IMG/VR virus record: IMGVR_UViG_3300011116_001048 | Span: 1 to 64,000 of that record | DNA from: a virus | Length of the DNA: 64,000 nucleotides | Reading direction: 5' to 3' (one strand) | In this document: piece after piece, positions 1-7,706 of the stretch | Position numbering within the stretch: position 1 is the first letter of the stretch | Layout: each line of letters begins with the position of its first letter | Notes under the pieces: generated by a model | Databases searched by the model: none | What the model was told of the DNA's origin: nothing | Seen by the model: the letters and a program-made list of their open reading frames with translations, nothing else | Program-made: the position numbers and the translations under genes

Positions 1-281
1 AAAGAACAGGAACTGCTGTTTTATTAAATCTACAAAACGGAAATCTGCGTGGTCTTTCTTATGACAAAGTAAAAGACGATCAGCCAGTTTATTCTAGAAA
101 AATTCAAAAAGCAGCAGTAAAAAAGACCAAAAAAAGAAAAGGTAGAACGCCGTCTCAAGACACACAGTTAAGTATTACTAGTGTAGAAAACATGATGAAT
201 GTTCACGATGAGCACACATCCAAAGGCATCGATTCTGTTTTAGCTGGTTTAGAACGAGAACATTCCAGAATACACGATTAA
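1..281 (+). CDS. hypothetical protein, 5'-truncated by window edge
   Basis: Open frame from nt 3 (RTGTAVLLNLQNG...REHSRIHD) to TAA at 279-281; not in ORF track because it has no start in the window. Confidence 0.6.
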   Translation, partial: RTGTAVLLNLQNGNLRGLSYDKVKDDQPVYSRKIQKAAVKKTKKRKGRTPSQDTQLSITSVENMMNVHDEHTSKGIDSVLAGLEREHSRIHD

Positions 282-282
282 T

Positions 283-981
283 TCACTGTAACGGATTGTC
301 CTTGTAAAAATCTTCTAGTTGTTTAAAGTATCGCGGATCGGTTCCACCTTTAGGACCAAAACGGTGGTATTGGTGGAAACGTATAGCATCTTTCTTAGAG
401 ATAGGCTTGGTATCATCAATACCTAACTCACGCAACTCTCCACGAATAACTGCTACGCCAAGTTTTTGGTAATTTTGATGATGCTTGGGATCACAGAATT
501 CGCCTTTACAACCGGCACCGTACGTAGGATCGTCTAATCCTTTAGCAAGCATGGTTTTACCTTGTTTTATAAACGAAGCGGTAAAATCTTCTATACCCGA
601 GTACAGTTCTTTATTTTCTTTTTTACCAAAAGATCCTGCCACTAGTCCTTTTGTTAGTTGAAGTGGACCGTACGCAGTAGATACTGCTTTAGGATCTTTG
701 GGTCTGGCAGCAGTTCGTACGTATAGTTTAGGATTAAATGATGTAAGTTCTTCGGGTTTGGTTAGTCCAGAGCCAGTGTGTTCGGCTCGAACTGTGGCTG
801 CATATAGTGGTGCAATGTTTTCTGGAATTTTATAAGGTTCGGTTTTGGGAGTTTCTGCTTTTTGTGCTTGTGGTTGTTGTGGAGTTGGGGCTGTTTGTGG
901 AGCACCAGCACCTAAACTGGCCGAAAGCAGCAACGGGGCAACCAGACTTTTCTCTTGAAGGTGAGTTAAAAATGATTTCAT
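283..981 (-). CDS. putative internal head protein with lysozyme-like (SLT/goose-type) domain
   Basis: N-terminus MKSFLTHLQE resembles a T4 capsid-targeting/gp21-cleavage peptide; P/Q linker; ATVRAE...STAYGPLQLT...QYHRFGPKG resembles the three lysozyme-fold motifs; late promoter upstream. Confidence 0.45.
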   Translation of the reverse strand: MKSFLTHLQEKSLVAPLLLSASLGAGAPQTAPTPQQPQAQKAETPKTEPYKIPENIAPLYAATVRAEHTGSGLTKPEELTSFNPKLYVRTAARPKDPKAVSTAYGPLQLTKGLVAGSFGKKENKELYSGIEDFTASFIKQGKTMLAKGLDDPTYGAGCKGEFCDPKHHQNYQKLGVAVIRGELRELGIDDTKPISKKDAIRFHQYHRFGPKGGTDPRYFKQLEDFYKDNPLQ

Positions 982-986
982 GTTAA

Positions 987-1005
987 TATTTAGCTTTCAT
1001 AAATA
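987..1005. promoter_or_regulatory. divergent pair of T4-type late promoters (CTAAATA on -, CATAAATA on +)
   Basis: TATTTAG 987-993 (minus-strand CTAAATA) with ATG 981 at +6; CATAAATA 998-1005 with ATG 1014 at +9; gp55/gp33 are encoded in the window. Confidence 0.7.
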
Positions 1006-1013
1006 CTATTGTC

Positions 1014-1385
1014 ATGTTAGGATTTAAAAATTATATCACAATCTCATTACTTTTAGAAGAAAAATTGGATGATTTTGTTCAATTTGCGTGCAATCATCTA
1101 AAATTACAAGAAAAACCAAAAATTATGTTGGTGCAAGTGCGTGATGGCAACATGACAACCGCAAATTATTGCCCGAACTCTCAAAAAATCAAAGTTTACG
1201 CTAAGAATAGAGCACTTTTTGATGTTGCTCGTTCAATTGCACACGAATTAGTGCACCATAAACAGAACGTAAACGGAGAAAACTTAGACGGAGAAACCGG
1301 ATCTGACTGTGAGAACGAAGCAAACTCTGTTGCGGGCCAAATAATCCGTTTATACGGACAAAAAAATCCAAATTTTTACGAATAA
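1014..1385 (+). CDS. zincin-like HExxH metallopeptidase
   Basis: SIAHELVHHKQ followed by ENEANSVAG (third-ligand helix); N-terminus MLGFKNY...LLEE is capsid-targeting-like. Confidence 0.65.
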   Translation: MLGFKNYITISLLLEEKLDDFVQFACNHLKLQEKPKIMLVQVRDGNMTTANYCPNSQKIKVYAKNRALFDVARSIAHELVHHKQNVNGENLDGETGSDCENEANSVAGQIIRLYGQKNPNFYE

Positions 1386-1742
1386 ATGAACGAAAAAGAG
1401 AAAAAACAATCACGGTTGATCGGTGAACTTAAAAGTGTTGACCGACCGGTGGTTAGTGTACAAGAAAAACGAGACAATACTGCCGTTGAAATCACAAATC
1501 CGTCGTTTGCCGAACTTATGCAACAGTTAAATGCTGGGATTTGCACACTTTTTTTCTATAAAATCACTAACGGTATGTTTAGACGAATGCGGTGTACACT
1601 AAACGGCGTAACTCCGGTTGAAAATAAATACAATAGACAAGGAGTTGTAGTTGTTTGGGATCTGGATTCAAGCCAATGGAGAAGTTTCTACCCAAATCGC
1701 GTTTTTAAACTAATTAGAAATGAAAAAACTGACATCCAATAA
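1386..1742 (+). CDS. WYL-like SH3 domain protein (DUF2693-type)
   Basis: FFYKITNGMFRRMRCTL...VVVWDLDSSQWRSF signature. Confidence 0.7.
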   Translation: MNEKEKKQSRLIGELKSVDRPVVSVQEKRDNTAVEITNPSFAELMQQLNAGICTLFFYKITNGMFRRMRCTLNGVTPVENKYNRQGVVVVWDLDSSQWRSFYPNRVFKLIRNEKTDIQ

Positions 1743-1773
1743 AAAAACTACCAATAAAACACAGGAGTTGCCA

Positions 1774-1959
1774 ATGGCTGAAGATAAAAAATCAGATCTT
1801 CTTGAAAAGAACTGCCAGAGACTCGCTGAAAGTGCTTCAGAAGCAATCAGTGCGTATGAAGAGTATCTGTTAGACCAAAGGGATTGGCGTTCTCTTGCTA
1901 AAATTATGACAAAATTACGTACGTCTATTTCTGGTTATTTTGCTGCTGGCGGCAAATAA
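1774..1959 (+). CDS. hypothetical protein
   Basis: ORF 1720-1959; AGGAG SD at 1763-1767 favours ATG 1774. Confidence 0.65.
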   Translation: MAEDKKSDLLEKNCQRLAESASEAISAYEEYLLDQRDWRSLAKIMTKLRTSISGYFAAGGK

Positions 1960-1978
1960 ATATTTTTGTGTTTGATTT

Positions 1979-2006
1979 TTGACTGATTGATTTTTTGGAG
2001 TATATT
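1979..2006 (+). promoter_or_regulatory. sigma70-type promoter, 16-nt spacer
   Basis: TTGACT(1979-84)-N16-TATATT(2001-06); guaC ATG at +7. Confidence 0.75.
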
Positions 2007-2012
2007 ATCGCC

Positions 2013-3068
2013 ATGAAGATTGAAGATGACATCAAGCTAGATTTTGCAGACGTTCTGATTCGCCCAAAACGCAGCAATCTGGACAGCCGTAACAAGGTTC
2101 AAGTCCACCGACAGTTTAATTTTAAGCTTCCGGATAACAAAGAGTTTAGTTGGACCGGTGTTCCAATTATGGCATCCAATATGGATACGATTGGAACATT
2201 TGTGATGGCTGATGCCATGCATCGCCACGACTCCATGTGTGCTATTCACAAGTATTATAGTGTTGATGAATGGGATCATGAGTTTAGTGGCTGGATGCGC
2301 AATAACTCTGGTCAGTGTAGTGTAGTGTACACCATGGGAATGGGAGACGGTAGCAAGAATTTTGAAGAGATTGATAAGGCTCGTCAAATTCTAAAGAAGC
2401 ATCCTCAGATTAATTTTATCTGTATTGATGTTGCTAACGGTTATACCGAAAAGTTTGTGAATTATGTACAAACAGTGCGTGATCTGTTTCCTGACAAGGT
2501 ACTGATTGCAGGAAATGTGGTTACACGTGAAATGACTGAAGCCCTGATTCTGGCTGGTGCTAATATTGTTAAGATTGGTATTGGTCCCGGATCGGTCTGC
2601 ACGACTCGCAAGGTTGCAGGTGTGGGATATCCGCAACTGTCGTGCATCATGGAGTGTGCTGATGCCGCACACGGGCTGGGTGGTTACGTTCTTTCGGACG
2701 GTGGTTGCACTTGTCCGGGTGATGTAGCCAAGGCATTTGGAGCGGGTGCAGATTTTGTTATGATTGGTGGTATGTTTGCTGGCACGGATGAAGCAGCAGG
2801 TCGGATGACGGATGAGGGTAAGGAGTTCTACGGGATGTCCTCAGCGGCAGCAATGGAAAAGCACTCCGGAGGAGTGGCAACGTATCGTGCAGCAGAAGGA
2901 AAGCGAGTGTTTGTTGAGCCGGTTGGCCCTGTAGACGGCGTTATGCAACAAATTCTTGGTGGTGTTCGTTCTACTTGCACATACGTTGGTGCTGCTCGCC
3001 TCAAGGATCTACCTAAGTGTACCACGTTTGTTCGTGTGAATCGCCAACTTAACAATATCTTTACGTGA
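2013..3068 (+). CDS. guaC: GMP reductase
   Basis: [73 protein letters not shown]; ATG 2013 preferred to the TTG at 1995. Confidence 0.95.
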   Translation: MKIEDDIKLDFADVLIRPKRSNLDSRNKVQVHRQFNFKLPDNKEFSWTGVPIMASNMDTIGTFVMADAMHRHDSMCAIHKYYSVDEWDHEFSGWMRNNSGQCSVVYTMGMGDGSKNFEEIDKARQILKKHPQINFICIDVANGYTEKFVNYVQTVRDLFPDKVLIAGNVVTREMTEALILAGANIVKIGIGPGSVCTTRKVAGVGYPQLSCIMECADAAHGLGGYVLSDGGCTCPGDVAKAFGAGADFVMIGGMFAGTDEAAGRMTDEGKEFYGMSSAAAMEKHSGGVATYRAAEGKRVFVEPVGPVDGVMQQILGGVRSTCTYVGAARLKDLPKCTTFVRVNRQLNNIFT

Positions 3069-3307
3069 TGTGTGACAAAAAATGCCAAGACGCTCATATT
3101 CAGTACCAAGAATTGCTGTTAAAGCAAATCAAGGTATTGTCTAATGAAGTAAAAGCATGGCGTATGACTTCTTCCAGTTCTCATCGAATGAGTTTGGAAG
3201 AATTTATGCGTTCTACAGACCTGTGTGGTTGGCAGTACAGTCTGGAACGAGGAGTGCTAGGATTCCCCGGAATCCTTAAACGTTGGTGGCATAAGATATT
3301 TGGATAA
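3068..3307 (+). CDS. hypothetical protein
   Basis: TGATG stop/start overlap with guaC. Confidence 0.6.
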   Translation: MCDKKCQDAHIQYQELLLKQIKVLSNEVKAWRMTSSSSHRMSLEEFMRSTDLCGWQYSLERGVLGFPGILKRWWHKIFG

Positions 3308-3310
3308 ATA
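3303..3310 (+). promoter_or_regulatory. T4-type late promoter
   Basis: GATAAATA; ATG 3316 at +6 with no SD. Confidence 0.65.
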
Positions 3311-3315
3311 TCCGT

Positions 3316-3975
3316 ATGAACCCAGTTTTACACGGAATCCAACTAACAGATCTTGTTTACGGTAGTCCTAATGTACCACAAATAAAAAAAATACAAGATC
3401 AAGGAAAGGCTCTTAGGGCACTTTATAACGATCCTGTAACCAAACAACGATTTTTTAATAAACCGTATCCGTCTAACGTTTCGCCTGAAGTTCGTCGTGA
3501 ACTGGAAACTTTACAAAAACAAGTAAAAAATATTAGTGGCCCTGATCTGGAATTTGCAAAACAAAGCGAAAAAGATCATTACGGGATGTGGATACAGATG
3601 CTGTATAATCACGGAATTTCTGTCCAGCGTTCGTGGTTTGAAACTATTACAGACAACACAGACGGGCTGTTATACGCTTTAAAGTACCATTACAATCGTC
3701 CTCGTCCGTTTCAGTTAGGCCACTACCACAAAATCCAAGTTACTCCCACAATCTACACAAACGCCAACAGTCCTGCGTTTCCTTCTGGGCATTCTATGGA
3801 AGCACGATTGTTTGCATTGGTATTATCTCAAAAGCATCCGTTTCTTGCAGATAAAATAATGAATATGAGTGACCGAATTTCTAAATCCAGAATGGATGCG
3901 GGAGTACACTACGAATCAGATCTTGCATTTGGTCACGAAATAGCACAGTGGATATTTTCTACGAAATGTTTTTGA
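3316..3975 (+). CDS. PAP2-family phosphatase / haloperoxidase-fold protein
   Basis: KYHYNRPRP, PAFPSGHS, SRMDAGVHYESD are the three PAP2 motifs. Confidence 0.88.
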   Translation: MNPVLHGIQLTDLVYGSPNVPQIKKIQDQGKALRALYNDPVTKQRFFNKPYPSNVSPEVRRELETLQKQVKNISGPDLEFAKQSEKDHYGMWIQMLYNHGISVQRSWFETITDNTDGLLYALKYHYNRPRPFQLGHYHKIQVTPTIYTNANSPAFPSGHSMEARLFALVLSQKHPFLADKIMNMSDRISKSRMDAGVHYESDLAFGHEIAQWIFSTKCF

Positions 3976-3999
3976 CACCACGTTTTTATGATGTATATT
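3972..3999 (+). promoter_or_regulatory. sigma70-type promoter, 16-nt spacer
   Basis: TTGACA(3972-77)-N16-TATATT(3994-99); ATG 4007 at +8. Confidence 0.75.
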
Positions 4000-4006
4000 G
4001 ATTATT

Positions 4007-4177
4007 ATGCCTAATGCCCCTACTCGTAAAGTTTTTTGGAAGCACCGTAAGCGTAAGAAGAACGCTACTCGTCAGCGTCAAGAGATGATTGCTCAAAACG
4101 CTAAGAAGAAGACCCGCGAAGCTCTGGCCAAGATTGGTCGTCTTCCTAAGATTGCTAGGATTGGTTATGATATTTAA
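4007..4177 (+). CDS. small highly basic protein (56 aa)
   Basis: Hand translation MPNAPTRKVFWKHRKRKKNATRQRQEMIAQNAKKKTREALAKIGRLPKIARIGYDI; below ORF-track cutoff; own promoter; codon usage like highly expressed genes (CGT, AAG, GCT). Confidence 0.75.
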   Translation: MPNAPTRKVFWKHRKRKKNATRQRQEMIAQNAKKKTREALAKIGRLPKIARIGYDI

Positions 4178-4280
4178 TAATATTTTGCATTTTATTATAT
4201 TTTAAAAGCTTTCTGGAGGTGCTTCAACTTCAGCGTTGTCTGTGATTGGGATCTAGCAGAATCGTACCAATAATCCACTA

Positions 4281-4307
4281 AAGCCTCACGTAAAAGTGAG
4301 GTTTTTT
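4281..4307 (+). terminator. rho-independent terminator
   Basis: AAGCCTCAC-GTAAAA-GTGAGGTTT followed by T run. Confidence 0.75.
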
Positions 4308-4318
4308 GTTTGAATTAC

Positions 4319-4346
4319 TTGACACGTGCTTTTTTTGGTGTATATT
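4319..4346 (+). promoter_or_regulatory. sigma70-type promoter, 16-nt spacer (drives tRNAs)
   Basis: TTGACA(4319-24)-N16-TATATT(4341-46) upstream of tRNA-Lys. Confidence 0.75.
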
Positions 4347-4366
4347 ATGGGAGTGACAAGTGAATA

Positions 4367-4439
4367 GCCCTCTTAGCTCAGTTGGTAGAGCAGTTGACTT
4401 TTAATCAATAGGTCGTAGGTTCAATTCCTACAGGGGGCA
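4367..4439 (+). tRNA. tRNA-Lys(UUU)
   Basis: GCCCTCT/AGGGGGC acceptor, loop CT-TTT-AA, TTCAATT T-loop; no encoded CCA. Confidence 0.95.
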
Positions 4440-4443
4440 CTTT

Positions 4444-4516
4444 GGGACGGTAGACCAATGGCAGAGTCAAGACACTTAAAATGTCTGTAGTGTGGGTTCG
4501 AGTCCCACCCGTCCTA
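4444..4516 (+). tRNA. tRNA-Leu(UAA), short variable loop
   Basis: GGGACGG/CCGTCCT acceptor, AGACA-CTTAAAA-TGTCT anticodon arm, 5-nt variable loop, GTGGG-TTCGAGT-CCCAC; no CCA. Confidence 0.9.
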
Positions 4517-4529
4517 CTTAGGAGAAATT

Positions 4530-4838
4530 ATGTCAGGTAAAGTAACTTGGAATTACAGAATTATCATGGACGATACTACCGAAGATCCACACGATTTTTG
4601 GTATGCTATCTACGAAGTGTATTATCTGGACGGCAAGCCTATTGATCACACTGTGAGCCAGTCTTCGGTATTTGGCGACAGTATGGAAGATCTTGCCCGA
4701 ACTCTTGCACACATGCGAGACGCACTAAACCATCCAGTTCTCAAGAAGTCGGAGTTTCCACCTATGGACAACTACCGTCGTGAAGAGTGGATGAAGGTCA
4801 AAGAATTTTCTCAAGATATTTCATTTGACAACGGTTAA
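4530..4838 (+). CDS. conserved phage hypothetical protein
   Basis: SD AGGAGA; WNYRII...YAIYEVYY motif typical of a phage hypothetical family. Confidence 0.75.
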   Translation: MSGKVTWNYRIIMDDTTEDPHDFWYAIYEVYYLDGKPIDHTVSQSSVFGDSMEDLARTLAHMRDALNHPVLKKSEFPPMDNYRREEWMKVKEFSQDISFDNG

Positions 4839-4852
4839 TTCCGTAGTATAAT
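4825..4852 (+). promoter_or_regulatory. consensus sigma70 promoter, 16-nt spacer
   Basis: TTGACA(4825-30)-N16-TATAAT(4847-52), followed by inverted repeat 4865-4890. Confidence 0.8.
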
Positions 4853-4934
4853 GAAACAGCGTAACTCGTTCATACAGGACAGTGAACGAGCTTAATATGA
4901 GATGTCCTAAAATTTCTATAGAAAGGTTTACATT

Positions 4935-5207
4935 ATGCGTACAATTACAAAGCAAAACAAGGTAATCAACTACCTCACCAAGCGTGGTCGTACTCTCACC
5001 GCAGCCGAGGCTCGTGCTCGTTTCGGTGTACGTAACCTCCGTGCCACGATGAGCGATATCCGCGAAGTCGTTGAGGAGTTCGGTAACTGGCGTATTGAGA
5101 CTCGTACCAGCCCAACTGGTCGCACTCAATACATGATGCGTGACACGCATCCCGGTCGTCGTGTATTCAAGTTCCGTGCAGACGGTACTCGTTACAAGAC
5201 TCGCTGA
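4935..5207 (+). CDS. winged helix-turn-helix DNA-binding protein
   Basis: KVINYLTKRGRTLTAAEARARFGVRNLRATMSDIR followed by a beta-wing; SD AAGG. Confidence 0.75.
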   Translation: MRTITKQNKVINYLTKRGRTLTAAEARARFGVRNLRATMSDIREVVEEFGNWRIETRTSPTGRTQYMMRDTHPGRRVFKFRADGTRYKTR

Positions 5208-5238
5208 TACACAATTTGGGAGTTTGTTCATCATGGAG

Positions 5239-5268
5239 ATCTGTCCCTTTAAAAGGACAGATTTTCTT
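5239..5268 (+). terminator. rho-independent terminator
   Basis: ATCTGTCC-8nt-GGACAGAT then TTTCTTT. Confidence 0.7.
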
Positions 5269-5276
5269 TATAAATA
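5269..5276 (+). promoter_or_regulatory. T4-type late promoter
   Basis: Perfect TATAAATA. Confidence 0.7.
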
Positions 5277-5290
5277 CCATGGAGGTTTTT

Positions 5291-5503
5291 ATGAGTGATT
5301 TATATTACGCAAAAACTGAAATAAATGGTAGAATTTTAGACCTTGTTCTTAATGAAGAGCAAGTGATTAGTGGAGTAAAGGCCGCAATAGATAATTCAGA
5401 ACTTGTATGCAAGATGAATCCCGGAAATTGTTGGCCTGTTGAAAAACCCGAAGACTGTCCACTTTGGAAGAAAATCTTCGGACTTTGTGGTTGCAAATCT
5501 TAA
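5291..5503 (+). CDS. hypothetical protein (Cys-containing)
   Basis: GGAGG SD before ATG 5291; the longer ORF-track start overlaps the terminator. Confidence 0.65.
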   Translation: MSDLYYAKTEINGRILDLVLNEEQVISGVKAAIDNSELVCKMNPGNCWPVEKPEDCPLWKKIFGLCGCKS

Positions 5504-5518
5504 TTTAGGAGATATAAT

Positions 5519-5851
5519 ATGAGTACTATGAAAAACACTGAAACTTTAATTATGCGTATGAAGACAGGTGAAGACGTTCTTTGCCGTGCCACTAAGACTG
5601 AGACCGGTTGGAATCTGGAGGATCCAATGGCTCTAATTCCAACACCAGACGGTCGTCTGGCGTTTGTTGGTTGGATGCCATTTGCCGATACCAAGAACGG
5701 TATTGACATTCCTGCAGATTTTGTGTACCTGACTCTAAAGCCTATGGACGATATTGCTACTCAATACATGTCGTTCAAGAGTGGTCTTGCCACTCCGGGC
5801 CCAAAGAAGGTTGTTGCTCCCGAGGGTCTAAAGCTCGTGGGTGCTGACTAA
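5519..5851 (+). CDS. Sm-like fold protein, T4-like phage conserved
   Basis: MRMKTGEDVLC...LEDPMAL...FVGWMPF; SD AGGAGA. Confidence 0.7.
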   Translation: MSTMKNTETLIMRMKTGEDVLCRATKTETGWNLEDPMALIPTPDGRLAFVGWMPFADTKNGIDIPADFVYLTLKPMDDIATQYMSFKSGLATPGPKKVVAPEGLKLVGAD

Positions 5852-5861
5852 ACATCAGCAT

Positions 5862-5935
5862 ACACCCGTAACTCAGCTGGACAGAGTAACAGATTTCTAA
5901 TCTGTGGGTCGCTGGTTCGAATCCAGCCGGGTGTG
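5862..5935 (+). tRNA. tRNA-Arg(UCU)
   Basis: ACACCCG/CGGGTGT, ACAGA-TTTCTAA-TCTGT, GCTGG-TTCGAAT-CCAGC; no CCA. Confidence 0.93.
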
Positions 5936-5957
5936 TTTTTACTAAGGAGATTTATAA

Positions 5958-6188
5958 ATGAGTGTACCAAATTACATTCCCGGTCAAGCGTACAATATCG
6001 GTTACAATGCCCGCATGGAAGGCAAAGAAATGCCTGACGTTTCGGAAGTTGGTTTGTATTGGGACGAATATCGTGCTGGTTGGTTTGATGCTCATCGTGT
6101 AGTTCTTGAAAATGCTCGTAAAGATTATCAAGCATTCAAAACCAAGTTAGACGAAAATTCAGAAAAGCGTGAATTTCTACAGGATTAA
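5958..6188 (+). CDS. hypothetical protein
   Basis: SD AAGGAG; AYNIGY...YRAGWFDA resembles an Rmf-like aromatic repeat motif. Confidence 0.7.
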   Translation: MSVPNYIPGQAYNIGYNARMEGKEMPDVSEVGLYWDEYRAGWFDAHRVVLENARKDYQAFKTKLDENSEKREFLQD

Positions 6189-6191
6189 AAT

Positions 6192-6470
6192 ATGATGTCT
6201 AAGTACAAGACTTTTGTTGCAAATGGTGTGCAGCGTCATACTGACGCTCGTAGGCCCAGTATTACAGTTTATCCCGACCCTCTAAACGAAGGAAAGTACG
6301 TTGCGTGTTTTGAAGCGACAGACTGCGATGAACTTGTTAACGGTTATTCGTATAACGAATTACTGTCTATTCGTAATGCTATTAACGATGCACTTACTGA
6401 TATCGATGTTCGTGAAAGTGTAGCAGAACTAAACAAACACGATCCAAGGATTTATCCTTTCAATGATTGA
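6192..6470 (+). CDS. hypothetical protein
   Basis: Tightly packed ORF in operon. Confidence 0.65.
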   Translation: MMSKYKTFVANGVQRHTDARRPSITVYPDPLNEGKYVACFEATDCDELVNGYSYNELLSIRNAINDALTDIDVRESVAELNKHDPRIYPFND

Positions 6471-7455
6471 ACAAGTAGACATTATTTACGGTCTTGCTTG
6501 GGGGGACGAAGGCAAAGGCAAAATTGCTAATGCCATGGCAAAGCATTACGATTACGTTTGCCGTTGGAATGGTGGTCCAAACGCTGGTCATACCGTTTAC
6601 GTGAACGGCCAGAAGCACAAAACCCATATCATTCCTTCCGGTATTTTTGCTGGCAAGAAGTGTGTGATAGGACCGGGGTGTGTTATAAATATTGATAAAT
6701 TCTTTGAAGAAGTGCGTACACTTCGTTCTGCAGGATTTAATACTGATCTTGTAAAGATATCACCTAATGCTCACATCATTACTCAAGAACACATTGAATA
6801 CGATAAGAGAAATCTTGGTCACTTGGGAACAACTGCTCAAGGCATCGCTCCCTGTTATTCCGACAAAATGCTCCGACGAGGCCGACGAGCGATTGAGATG
6901 ATGGATGCCCAGTGGCTCTGGGATGGTGAATTAAACGGTAAAATTTTATGTGAGGGTGCACAGAGTGTATGGCTTGATATTGATCATGGTGATTATCCAT
7001 ACGTTACTAGTAGTACTACGATGCCGTATGGTGCGTGCTCTCTGGGTTTCTCACCCCAAAAGATACGCCGAATCATCGGTGTGGCAAAAGCTTACGACAC
7101 GAAGAGTGGAGTAGATCCCCTATTCCCAACATCTTTGTGGGATGATCCGGTTCTAAACAAAATTATTGAACTGGGTGGCGAATACGGATCTACTACCGGG
7201 CGTAAGCGTTTGGTGAATTGGCTGAATTTAGATAAACTAAAGAAAGCTATACTACTATCCGGTTGCACAGAACTTATCATTAATAAGTACGATATTCTAC
7301 AACAAGTTAATGAATATAAGGTAATACACGGCAACGAAACACAAAATTTTGTAAGTTTTACTGATATGAAACGTTATGTTATGGATACGCTTCTTATGTG
7401 TGCGGGTTCTGCTCTTCACGATATTACTTGGTCTGATAGTCCAGAAAAAATTTAA
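6463..7455 (+). CDS. purA: adenylosuccinate synthetase (short form)
   Basis: GLAWGDEGKGK, GGPNAGHT, HIIPSG, GTTAQGIAPCYSDK, EGAQ, YPYVTSS, EYGSTTGRKR, INKYD. Confidence 0.93.
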   Translation: MIEQVDIIYGLAWGDEGKGKIANAMAKHYDYVCRWNGGPNAGHTVYVNGQKHKTHIIPSGIFAGKKCVIGPGCVINIDKFFEEVRTLRSAGFNTDLVKISPNAHIITQEHIEYDKRNLGHLGTTAQGIAPCYSDKMLRRGRRAIEMMDAQWLWDGELNGKILCEGAQSVWLDIDHGDYPYVTSSTTMPYGACSLGFSPQKIRRIIGVAKAYDTKSGVDPLFPTSLWDDPVLNKIIELGGEYGSTTGRKRLVNWLNLDKLKKAILLSGCTELIINKYDILQQVNEYKVIHGNETQNFVSFTDMKRYVMDTLLMCAGSALHDITWSDSPEKI

Positions 7456-7461
7456 TAGTAA

Positions 7462-7535
7462 TCCCGAATAGCTCAGTTGGTAGTAGCGCGAAGCTGTTAA
7501 CTTCGATGTCACTGGTTCGAGTCCAGTTTCGGGAG
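7462..7535 (+). tRNA. tRNA-Asn(GUU)
   Basis: TCCCGAA/TTCGGGA, CGAAG-CTGTTAA-CTTCG, ACTGG-TTCGAGT-CCAGT; no CCA. Confidence 0.95.
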
Positions 7536-7548
7536 TTTGGAGGTTGAT

Positions 7549-7692
7549 ATGGGCGGTAAACACGATGCAGGAAAAGGTGACCAGTATCGTTCGGTAAATT
7601 GGGAACAGTATTCCAAAAACTGGGACGATATATTTGGTAAAAAGAAAACCAAGAAAAAAGACACCAAAAAGGTTGACTCTAAGAAAAAATAG
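7549..7692 (+). CDS. small basic phage protein (47 aa)
   Basis: GGAGG SD; MGGKHDAGKGDQYRSVNWEQYSKNWDDIFGKKK..., a GKG..R...Y..NWD.IF motif common in small phage proteins; missed by ORF track. Confidence 0.75.
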   Translation: MGGKHDAGKGDQYRSVNWEQYSKNWDDIFGKKKTKKKDTKKVDSKKK

Positions 7693-7700
7693 AGTATAGT
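7673..7700 (+). promoter_or_regulatory. sigma70-type promoter, 16-nt spacer
   Basis: TTGACT(7673-78)-N16-TATAGT(7695-7700); ATG 7707 at +7. Confidence 0.72.
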
Positions 7701-7706
7701 TACAGT

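Noticed and set aside
4007-4177. Identification as a known ribosomal protein (bS21, bL34, bL35)
   Set aside because: Basic composition only; I recognise no diagnostic ribosomal protein motif.
6463-7455. PurZ and a 2-aminoadenine (Z) genome
   Set aside because: The protein retains the PurA catalytic Asp (WGDEGKGK, not the Ser of PurZ) and the Arg after TTG (TTGRKR). No dATPase or MazZ is recognisable nearby.
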